A DNA stretch of 28,797 bases from an uncultured bacterium (lineage in GTDB: Bacteria; Babelota; Babeliae; Babelales; Babelaceae): NCBI GenBank assembly GCA_963824495.1, contig CAWGPQ010000001.1, forward strand, positions 1 through 28,797, given 5' to 3'. Shown piece after piece: positions 20,670 through 28,797 of the stretch; the first letter of the stretch is position 1, and every line of letters begins with the position of its first letter. The position numbers were made by a program, and so were the translations under genes. The notes beneath the pieces were generated by a model. The model saw only the letters and a list, made by a program, of their open reading frames with translations. It ran no database searches and was not told the DNA's origin.

Positions 20670-22181
20670 GTGACGAAGCAATCTCCGTTATGCTATTTTA
20701 TGGTATGTCTACTGATAACAACTGTGCAGACTTGTAATGCCTTCATTTCTCCTAATGCAGAAAAAGGCATATGGGAGCGTGCAGATAGTTCATCAACAAG
20801 TAACCTTACACCTAATATCGCCCTTTCCTCTACTGCAGAAAAGGGCATATGGGAGCGTGTAATAAGTCCATTACCCGTTAAGCTTACACCCTATGGTTAT
20901 ATCCAACTTGATGCTTTTTTTGATTCTCGCCAGGAAGTAGGAGAACAAGAGCAAGAGGAACTTTTATTTCCGATTGAAAAAATACCTGATAGGTTCTGTC
21001 GTGATATTGCTGCTCACCCTAGGTTAACCATTACTGCTATTGCAACCCGCTTAGGCCTACTTGCTACAGGTCTTGACCCCTGGCCAGGCATTAGCTGCCA
21101 AGCTCGTGTAGAGGGTGATTTTAGGGGAACAACACAGCCTATCAATCCTACGGGCCCTGGCAGTATTGTTATTGGTGGCACAACAGTATTACCCAGCCCA
21201 TTTACCGGCTTTAATGGTCTGGTTCGTCTCCGACATGCCTATGTTGAGCTCTTGAACAAGGAAAAGAAAATTGTCGCTCTTTTTGGTCAATTTTGGACAC
21301 CCTTCTTCATTTTTACGAACTATCCCTATACGGAATTTTTCCATGACGATATACCCTTTCCCATCGGTTCAAAAGCACGTCAACCACAACTACGTGTCCT
21401 CAAGCGGTGGGGAAATTTCGAAATCCTTGCTGCAGCACTCAGCCAATCAACCGTTTTCAGAAGCTTCGGCCCATTTGGTCAAAGTACTGAGTATATAAGA
21501 AACGCGGTTGTGCCAAACCTGCATGGACAATTACGAGGTTATTTCTATGACAAGTTAGGTGGCGAAAGCCTGCTAGCACTTATGATAGATTTCAAGCGTT
21601 TGGTGCCACGCCTTTTTTCGGTTATTCCTGGATCAACAGCCACCCCGCCGAAGAATCTCCTAAAAGTTAACGAGTCAATAGATAGTTGGTCAACATCTCT
21701 ATTCTATCGCTATACTAATGAGCCATTTAACTTATGGCTCCAATTTATCTACTCTCAGAATGGAGCAGATTTACACTTAATAAGTGGCTACGGTGTTGCT
21801 AGCGTAAACCCTATAACCGGCAAACAAACATATACTAATACTCAGGCACTCAGCGCCTGGCTTGATACTTTTTATACTTTTGGCAACCAAGACCTCATTG
21901 TAGCATTTTTTGCAGGAGGAACAAAAAATATTGGTGCTCAACATCGCCTCTTTATAGATCCTACTACACATCAGCCAATTATATTTGCTTTCGATCCTCG
22001 CCTTGATTATGCCATAAAGATCTCACCACGTGCTCTTGTTAAACGAGGTCCTTTTTTAATCGGTGGTAAAATTGAATACTTACGAGCAGCTTTCGGTAAC
22101 ATTACCCCCTTCGGAACTATAAAAAATCCTGTTCCCGTGCAGATGGTACGTCTCTGGTTAACTATCTTCTATGAATTTTAG
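20670..22181 (+). CDS. Putative outer-membrane beta-barrel/porin (DcaP-like)
   Basis: Signal peptide, YGYIQLDAFFD, VEGDF, RLRHAY, amphipathic beta pattern, C-terminal LTIFYEF. Confidence 0.7.
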   Translation: MTKQSPLCYFMVCLLITTVQTCNAFISPNAEKGIWERADSSSTSNLTPNIALSSTAEKGIWERVISPLPVKLTPYGYIQLDAFFDSRQEVGEQEQEELLFPIEKIPDRFCRDIAAHPRLTITAIATRLGLLATGLDPWPGISCQARVEGDFRGTTQPINPTGPGSIVIGGTTVLPSPFTGFNGLVRLRHAYVELLNKEKKIVALFGQFWTPFFIFTNYPYTEFFHDDIPFPIGSKARQPQLRVLKRWGNFEILAAALSQSTVFRSFGPFGQSTEYIRNAVVPNLHGQLRGYFYDKLGGESLLALMIDFKRLVPRLFSVIPGSTATPPKNLLKVNESIDSWSTSLFYRYTNEPFNLWLQFIYSQNGADLHLISGYGVASVNPITGKQTYTNTQALSAWLDTFYTFGNQDLIVAFFAGGTKNIGAQHRLFIDPTTHQPIIFAFDPRLDYAIKISPRALVKRGPFLIGGKIEYLRAAFGNITPFGTIKNPVPVQMVRLWLTIFYEF

Positions 22182-22289
22182 CCTCCTTATTAATAAGCAT
22201 GACCGCTTTTACTTTTTGCAAAAATGGGGTATCGTTATCTCTATTGCTTATTATAACTTTTATACTCCTGCTCTACCTTGAGTTGTTAC

Positions 22290-24020
22290 ATGACCCATGT
22301 ACAAGGATGCAAGTATCTCTGGAAGCTTCCTGATCATGATCATCAGGCTATAAGTTCAGTTGCTGCAGCATATAATCTTTCTTTCCCCATTGCTCAAACA
22401 TTGCTCACACGAGGGCTCAAATCACCAGAAGAAATCGAAAGCTTCTTGCTCAGTTCGCCTGAAAAAGATGTAGCACACCCCAGCTTATTAAAAAATGCCG
22501 AGAAAGCAGTTGATCGCATTATGTATGCAATTAAGAATAAAGAAAAAATTCTTATTGCCGGAGATTATGATGTCGATGGTATAACGTCATCAGCTCTTAT
22601 GATGCTGTGCTTGTTACCTCTAGGAGCTCGGATAAACTTCTTTTTGCCAAATCGTGTTATTGATGGCTATGGGTTATCAACTAAAACTATTAAGCGTGCA
22701 GCTCAGAATAACTATAAAGTTATTATAACTGTTGATAATGGTATAACTGCTTTTGAGCCGGCACTTTTAGCAAAGCAATTAGGCGTTGATCTTATTATAA
22801 CCGATCATCATAGACCTCATGATAATCTACCGGACGCCTTTGCCATCATCGATCCCCATCAAGAAAGTTGTCCCTATCCTTATAAAAAGTTTGCCGGCGT
22901 CGGTGTATCGTTTAAAATCCTTTCATTATTATATGAAAAATTGGGCAAAAAATTGCCAGACAAAGTGTATGAGCTGCTCATGCTTGGCACAATAGCCGAC
23001 GTTGTGCCCCTGACTGGTGAAAATAGATTTTGGGTACGCTATGGGCTGAGGCATATTAATGAAGTAGAAAGTTTTTCGCTCAAGATACTCAAACAGAATG
23101 CTCGAGTAAGTAAGCCCTTTTTGTCCGCTTCAGACGTGGGCTTTTTTCTTGCGCCACAAATTAATGCTCTTGGCCGATTAGAAGATGCTCGTGAAGGCGT
23201 AGCATTTTTGATTGGAGCAGATAAGAAAGAGACTGAACGCATTGGGAGCATACTTAAAGAACTCAATGAAGCACGCAAGGAGATAGAGCGTTCCATTCTT
23301 GCCGACATTGAACTCGATATTCAAGATAAGAAAATTAATCTCGAGCATGAACGAGTAATTGTTGCAGTAAGCGACAAATGGCCACCAGGTGTTATTGGAT
23401 TAGTTGCTTCACGACTTGTTTCTCAGTATAACCGACCTGCTATTGTCTTACATGTGACAAAAGAAGGGATAGTAAAGGGATCATGTCGTTCGATACCTGA
23501 GTTTAATATGTTTGATGCCCTTCATAATGCACGTGATTTATTGAAGACCTTTGGTGGTCACGCAAGTGCTGCAGGACTATCGCTTACCTACGAGTTATTG
23601 CCGGAATTTAAAAAAAATATCGAACACCAAGTGACGAGTAAGTTAACTGCTCTCGATTTTCAGCCTAAGCTATCTCTGGACGCTGAATTGTCGCTTCCTG
23701 AGGCACAAAAGAAGCTTATGGCAGATATGGCATATCTAGAGCCATTTGGCAATAGCAACCCGCAACCCTTATTTTATATAAAGAATGTGACGCTCTGTGA
23801 AAAACCGAGTATACTTAAAGATGCTCATGTAAAGTGTTCAATATTTGCTGATGGCATTATTAAGCCCGTTATTTTTTTTAATAGGCCAGAGCTCTATAAA
23901 CAGCTTGTAGCCCAAGGCATGCATTCGTTTGATATAGCGGTATACGTTATGGAAAACCAATGGAATGGTCGAACAACCATTGAACTACAAGGCATAGATA
24001 TTGCTGGTTTAACACAATAA
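22290..24020 (+). CDS. recJ: Single-stranded-DNA exonuclease RecJ
   Basis: GDYDVDG, TVDNG, TDHH, GTIADVVPL, GSCRS, FGGHASAAG, EPFG..NP. Confidence 0.97.
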   Translation: MTHVQGCKYLWKLPDHDHQAISSVAAAYNLSFPIAQTLLTRGLKSPEEIESFLLSSPEKDVAHPSLLKNAEKAVDRIMYAIKNKEKILIAGDYDVDGITSSALMMLCLLPLGARINFFLPNRVIDGYGLSTKTIKRAAQNNYKVIITVDNGITAFEPALLAKQLGVDLIITDHHRPHDNLPDAFAIIDPHQESCPYPYKKFAGVGVSFKILSLLYEKLGKKLPDKVYELLMLGTIADVVPLTGENRFWVRYGLRHINEVESFSLKILKQNARVSKPFLSASDVGFFLAPQINALGRLEDAREGVAFLIGADKKETERIGSILKELNEARKEIERSILADIELDIQDKKINLEHERVIVAVSDKWPPGVIGLVASRLVSQYNRPAIVLHVTKEGIVKGSCRSIPEFNMFDALHNARDLLKTFGGHASAAGLSLTYELLPEFKKNIEHQVTSKLTALDFQPKLSLDAELSLPEAQKKLMADMAYLEPFGNSNPQPLFYIKNVTLCEKPSILKDAHVKCSIFADGIIKPVIFFNRPELYKQLVAQGMHSFDIAVYVMENQWNGRTTIELQGIDIAGLTQ

Positions 24021-24033
24021 GCAGATACAAGCT

Positions 24034-24720
24034 ATGATACTAACTATCGACGGTCCGACCGCAAGCGGCAAATCAACACTGGCAGCACTATTGGCTCACC
24101 GCTTATCTATTTCATATCTTAATTCAGGATTTTTATATCGTGCATTAGCATATATACTTGTCCATGATTATGGCTATACCGATGCAACCATTAAAGAGCC
24201 AGATGTTAAAGATATACGAGCAATTCTTGACCCTCACGTTTTAGACTATAGATATGGGTACTCTGAAGGCGTACAGGTTTTGTATAAGCAAGAGCCCTTA
24301 ACACCACTTCTCAAAAGTGCCGATGTTGATCGCTGGGCTTCATTAGTCAGCTCAAACCTGACCGCACGAGCAATCATGCATGACTTTCAGCATGCGTGGG
24401 CGGACAGAAAAAGTTTTATCGCAGAGGGTCGTGACTGTGGAACTGTAGTATTCCCCCATGCTGATTATAAATTTTTTTTGACCGCAGACCTTGATGTCCG
24501 CGCGCGACGATGGCAACATGACCAAGAGCTAAGAGGTAAATTTTTCACCCTACAGGAAAGCCGTCAGGCTCTTATCGAGCGAGATTCGCGTGACACCCAA
24601 CGGGTCTACTCACCGTTAAGAATTCCGCCAGGCTCTTACTATATCGATGACTCGAAACTTAATATCGAAGAAACAGCACAGCTTATTTTAAGCTATATTA
24701 AACAACCTCAATCGTTATAA
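24034..24720 (+). CDS. cmk: Cytidylate kinase
   Basis: TIDGPTASGKST, SGFLYRA, EGRDCGTVVFP, ERDSRD. Confidence 0.96.
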   Translation: MILTIDGPTASGKSTLAALLAHRLSISYLNSGFLYRALAYILVHDYGYTDATIKEPDVKDIRAILDPHVLDYRYGYSEGVQVLYKQEPLTPLLKSADVDRWASLVSSNLTARAIMHDFQHAWADRKSFIAEGRDCGTVVFPHADYKFFLTADLDVRARRWQHDQELRGKFFTLQESRQALIERDSRDTQRVYSPLRIPPGSYYIDDSKLNIEETAQLILSYIKQPQSL

Positions 24721-24855
24721 TGCTTATTCATGATAGACCCTCATGACCGTATTGATTGGTGTGGTTGCCCTTTGAAATCATCAAACTATGGACATCTCTT
24801 GTCATTAATTTCTATTATATAATTATAGTATATCTAAGTTTATTTGGAGATTAAC

Positions 24856-26297
24856 ATGAAGAAACTATCAATAGCACTACTCAGTTCACTCGTATTCTTT
24901 GCTACACGCAGCTTAATTCTTAGCGGAGCAGAGGGAGCAGAATCAGTAGCTATCTGACCATTCAGGCTGCAGCTGCGGCGCCACCGGCAATTGCTTTAGG
25001 ACCACTAGCACCAATAGCAGCACCCATACCCGCAGCACTTAAACAAGTGAATCCTGCTGCCAATCAAGCATTAACGGAAACAGCTCGCAATGGCGATCTT
25101 GCAGGAGTTCAAGCTGCACTCAATGATGGAGCCGATGTTAATCATGTTGATGATATTGGTTGGACTGCTCTTTGGTGGGCAGCTTCAAAGGGATATACAG
25201 ATATAGCTAGATTGCTTATAGAACATGGTGCTGATGTTAATCATGCAGATGCACATGGCTATACTGTTCTTTCGTGGACAGCTACAAAGAGATATCCAGA
25301 TATAGTTAGATTGCTTATAGAACATGGTGCTGATGTTAATCACGTTAATGATTATGGCTATACTGTTCTTATGATGGCAGCTTGTAGTGGCCGCACAGAT
25401 ATAGTTAGAGTGCTTATAGGGCATGGTGCTGACGTTAATCCTGTAGCTAATAGTGAGGGGTTTACTATTCTTAGTTGTGTTATTCACCAGTCGACGATTA
25501 CTGTTCGTTCATGGAGACCTAGGCTACTGGCAACTGCTCGATTGCTTATAGAGCATGGAGCAAGAATACCAACTGAAGAAGAGCTTCAGAGACCTAACCA
25601 GCTAAATCCTAGGATACCGAACCTAGAGCAACCGGCAAGGCAATTTCTAAGTGAAGTATTTGAGGGTAACGAGCTTGCTTATGCAGCGGCCCGGGGCGAT
25701 ACTAAGCACGTGGCAGAGTTACTTTCCACTCCAAGCCAAGCTCAACCACAATCACCTCAGGCAAAATCGTTGACTGCTCAGTTACGTAAGCCGCTTGCTT
25801 CTTATGCCATACTGCCACCAGCGATACCTCCTCAACCACTTAACATTAACCATCAAGATTCACATGGTATGACAGCGTTACATTGGGCCGCTGCTCAAGG
25901 ACATAACGATATCGTAAAATTATTACTTGATTTCGGTGCAAATATTAACCTGCAAAATGCGGAGGGTAATACACCGTTACATTTAGCGGCTCGCAACGGT
26001 AATGTAAGTACCGTTAGACTCTTACTTGCACGTGGTGCTAACGCTACTATTGTTAACCGACAGGGTCAGACTCCTCTGGCTCTTGCCCAACAATACCATC
26101 AACGTACCGTTGTTGGCTTATTAGCAGGAGAAGCTGGTCGTGCTGTGTTTGGTAGAGTGTCACAAGCAGGTCGAGCAGGAGAGTTTGCATGGCAACCTAC
26201 ACCCACGGGTGCTACCCTTCCCGCTGAGATAGCTCACATAATTGCCCAGTTTGCGCAGGCCCCTGGCCAAATACCTTCATCGGGATCAGTGTCTTAA
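24856..26297 (+). pseudogene. Ankyrin-repeat protein (ank2) with a frameshift between signal peptide and body
   Basis: ATG 24856 gives MKKLSIALLSSLVFFATRSLILSGAEGAESVAI* (TGA 24955). The ankyrin frame is open from 24924 and encodes AAAAPPAIAL..LKQVNPAANQAL, matching ank3. The 416-aa body 25047-26297 is intact. Confidence 0.8.
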
Positions 26298-26390
26298 GTT
26301 TAAGGATGGGCAAAGCGTCATTTTAGACTACTATAGGCTTTTTTCGCCTAAAGCTATAAGCAATTAAGCTAGAAAATACGTAAGAGTGAG

Positions 26391-26604
26391 CTTGCTCAAA
26401 GAAATAGAGATGAGGCAATTGCTGCACATGATGCTGCTGGGCACAGCACTATCAAGAGGTCATGGGTGCCATCACGAACTATCTTGCGCGTTGTACCACA
26501 GAAATAACATTAGCCGGTACTGCTCCAGAAGAAATAATAAAACTGATTATGGAGCAGAATATTCCCCGACTGGGGGCAGCAGGTAGCTCTATGAGCACCC
26601 TTGC
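26391..26604 (+). pseudogene. Orphan degenerate C-terminal fragment of an ank3-type gene
   Basis: Aligns to 28187-28453 with a 39-nt deletion and further indels, including the post-stop sequence. Confidence 0.88.
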
Positions 26605-26625
26605 TTGACGTACAGCTCTCGTTGC

Positions 26626-26750
26626 AGAGGTAAGTTTTAAGAAAGCCGTCAGGCTCTTATCGAGCGAGATGCGCGTGATACCCAACGGGTCTACTCACCG
26701 TTAAGAATTGCGCCAGGATCTTACTATATCAATGACACGGAGCTTAATAT
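26626..26750 (+). pseudogene. Duplicated cmk 3' fragment
   Basis: 26641-26750 matches 24556-24665 at 102/110 nt, followed by a 65-nt deletion relative to copy 1. Confidence 0.92.
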
Positions 26751-26808
26751 TGATAGACCCTCATGACCATATTGATTGGTGTGGTTGCCCTTTGAAATCA
26801 TCAAACTA

Positions 26809-26838
26809 TTGACATCTCTTGTCATTAATTTCTATTAT
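26809..26838 (+). promoter_or_regulatory. Putative sigma70 promoter of ank3
   Basis: TTGACA-18 nt-TATTAT with overlapping TGACA-N5-TGTCA inverted repeat. Confidence 0.5.
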
Positions 26839-26875
26839 ATAATTATAGTATATCTAAGTTTATTTGGAGATTAAC

Positions 26876-28435
26876 ATGAAGAAACTATCAATAGCACTAC
26901 TCAGTTCACTCGTATTCTTTGCTACATGCAGCTTAATTCTCAGCGGAGCAGAGGGAGAAGAAGAGCAAGCACCTCAACAGACACAAATATATGCTCCGGC
27001 TCCTCTTCAAGAGCAGCAAGAACTACCACCCCTAGAGCAGCCACAACCGGAACTTACATTACCGATAGCCGAACAGGAAGAGCAGCACCAGGAACAAGCA
27101 CCAGTAGAAACACCAATAGCTATTCCTGCACCTATTGCAGTGCCTCAAGCTCAACTGGAACCGGTGGTACTACCACTGGCTGCAGCTGCGGCGCCACAAG
27201 CGATCGCTTTACAACCACTAGCACCAATAATAGCAGCACCTATACCTGCAGCACTTAAACAAGTGAATCCTGCTGCCAATCAAGCATTACTGACAGCTGC
27301 CATAGAAGATAATCGTGGGGCGGTAGTCAGTGCACTCGGTGCCGGGGCTGATATTAATTATGCCGATAATCATGGTTGGACTGCCCTTATGTATGCAGCT
27401 GTAGATGGAATTACAGATATAGTTAGATTGCTTTTAGAACGTAGAGCTGATGTTAACCATACCAATAATGACGGCGAGACTGTTCTTATGTATGCAGCTT
27501 TCCATGGGCATCCAGAGATAGTTAGATTACTTATAAAAGCTGGTGCTGATGTTAATTATGCTAGTGACCGTGGTCGGACTGCTCTTGTGGAAGCAGCTCA
27601 AACTGGACGTACAGATATAGTTAGATTGCTTATGAATGCTGGTGCCAATGTTAATGCTGGCAAGAAAGGTGCTGCTCTCTTAGGGGCACTTATAACTAAC
27701 CAGCCAGATGCTCCAACTAGACTGCTTATAGAGCATGGAGCAACAATACCAACTGAAGAAGAGCTTCAAGGACTTGCTCAGGACTATCCTTCGATTACGA
27801 ACATAGTACAACGCGCAAGGGGAAATCTAGAGGGAGTATTTGAAGGTAACGTGCTTGCCTACGCCGCTGCTCGAGGAGATGCAACAGCCGTACGTACATT
27901 ACTTGCTACCCTACCTGAAGAAGTTATTATACAAAACATAGCTACTCAAGGACAACCACAGCCTCAAGCACAGTCGTTGCTCCAAAGGGTTAGAAGGTGG
28001 CTTGCTTCTTATACATTACTACCACCATTACTGCCTCAAACTTTTGATATTAATCGTCAAGATACCGGGGGGACGACGGCGTTACATTGGGCTGCTGCTC
28101 AAGGGCATGCCAATATTGTCAATGATCTACTTAACGCTGGAGCTAACTGGAGATTAGAGAATGCGGAAGGATTAACACCATATCAACTTGCTGAAAGAAA
28201 TAGAAATGAGGCAATTGCTGCACATGATGCTACGCAAGCGCAAAAATTTAAGGAGGCCATGGATGCCATCACGCATTATCTTACACGTGGCACTGCAGAA
28301 ATAACATTAGGACGTGCTCTTAAGCAACTTACAGGGGCAGGTAAGACTACCGGTACGGCTCCAGAAGAAATAATACAGATGATCATGCGACAGAATATTC
28401 CTCAACGCCCGCTCCTTGGTGGTGGCAGTAGATAG
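26876..28435 (+). CDS. Secreted ankyrin-repeat protein (ank3) with Pro/Ala/Glu/Gln-rich linker
   Basis: GGAG RBS plus ATG 26876, signal peptide, low-complexity linker, ANK repeats, APEEIIQMI near the C-terminus. Confidence 0.93.
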   Translation: MKKLSIALLSSLVFFATCSLILSGAEGEEEQAPQQTQIYAPAPLQEQQELPPLEQPQPELTLPIAEQEEQHQEQAPVETPIAIPAPIAVPQAQLEPVVLPLAAAAAPQAIALQPLAPIIAAPIPAALKQVNPAANQALLTAAIEDNRGAVVSALGAGADINYADNHGWTALMYAAVDGITDIVRLLLERRADVNHTNNDGETVLMYAAFHGHPEIVRLLIKAGADVNYASDRGRTALVEAAQTGRTDIVRLLMNAGANVNAGKKGAALLGALITNQPDAPTRLLIEHGATIPTEEELQGLAQDYPSITNIVQRARGNLEGVFEGNVLAYAAARGDATAVRTLLATLPEEVIIQNIATQGQPQPQAQSLLQRVRRWLASYTLLPPLLPQTFDINRQDTGGTTALHWAAAQGHANIVNDLLNAGANWRLENAEGLTPYQLAERNRNEAIAAHDATQAQKFKEAMDAITHYLTRGTAEITLGRALKQLTGAGKTTGTAPEEIIQMIMRQNIPQRPLLGGGSR

Positions 28436-28479
28436 CTCTATGAGTACCCTTGCATGGCCCGTTCATGCCCAACACATAA

Positions 28480-28511
28480 AAAAAGCCTCCGCACTTCTAC
28501 GGAGGCTTTTT
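28480..28511. terminator. Bidirectional intrinsic terminator
   Basis: AAAAAGCCTCCG-CACTTCTA-CGGAGGCTTTTT between convergent genes. Confidence 0.9.
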
Positions 28512-28522
28512 CATAATACTAT

Positions 28523-28797
28523 TTATACTTCATTATAGTGAGGCCGTGCTGCTTCTGCTGATGTCGGCATAGGAAGCGCATCTGGACCGTAACCACCTGG
28601 CTCTGGTGGTTCGATTGACTCTGGGCACGTAGCAACTGGTTCTATAACCGAAACATGATAGGGATCATCGCTTGTACAGTGATAGCGAGCTACGCCTGCA
28701 GGGTCATTCTCTACCCATGACCCATGAGGTGTCTCACAACGCACAATAAGGTGACGAGGTGGTTGCTCTTCTGCAATACATTGACCACATGCGCCAA
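28523..28797 (-). CDS. Hypothetical protein, 3' part (starts beyond window)
   Basis: Frame is open to the window edge (GACGQCIAEEQPPRHLIVRCETPHG...) and ends next to the terminator. Confidence 0.65.
   Translation of the reverse strand, partial: GACGQCIAEEQPPRHLIVRCETPHGSWVENDPAGVARYHCTSDDPYHVSVIEPVATCPESIEPPEPGGYGPDALPMPTSAEAARPHYNEV

Larger units (their letters stand above)
24556..26604 (+). repeat. Tandem duplication unit 1 (cmk tail, promoter, ankyrin gene, displaced 3' end)
   Basis: Colinear homology with 26641-28453. Confidence 0.9.

Noticed and set aside
26386..26685. ORFs 26386-26586 (+) and 26479-26685 (-) as real genes
   Set aside because: They are chance frames over the decayed ank3 tail and the cmk fragment.
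24556..28453. Diversity-generating retroelement template/variable repeat pair
   Set aside because: No reverse transcriptase in the window. Mismatches are not adenine-specific and include indels.

Overview
AT-rich bacterial chromosome segment. It is mostly housekeeping genes (partial hpf/raiA, NDP-sugar epimerase, FAD oxidoreductase, mpg, tilS, gyrB, tadA, dksA, tRNA-Thr(CGT), rpsI, glmS, rapZ, ftsB-like, Mn-type SOD, nitroreductase, lysS, recJ, cmk). These are interleaved with accessory genes for signal-peptide proteins: three ankyrin-repeat proteins, a UGA-interrupted alpha/beta-hydrolase, a pair of paralogous secreted orphans and a porin-like protein. The content suggests a host-dependent intracellular bacterium such as Ca. 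Dependentiae/TM6 (inference only). The most striking structure is the ankyrin family. One gene sits between ~66-bp direct repeats that duplicate the mpg/tilS overlap. Two others form a tandem duplication that includes the cmk tail, and in the first copy a new C-terminal module has displaced the old one, which survives downstream as an orphan. All three end in an F-box-like LPxEIxxxI motif. Also notable: a nested REP-like repeat fused to the tRNA 3' end, a Fic protein with an altered catalytic loop, glmS next to rapZ, and no UGA among the 25 gene-terminal stops while one in-frame UGA splits a gene.
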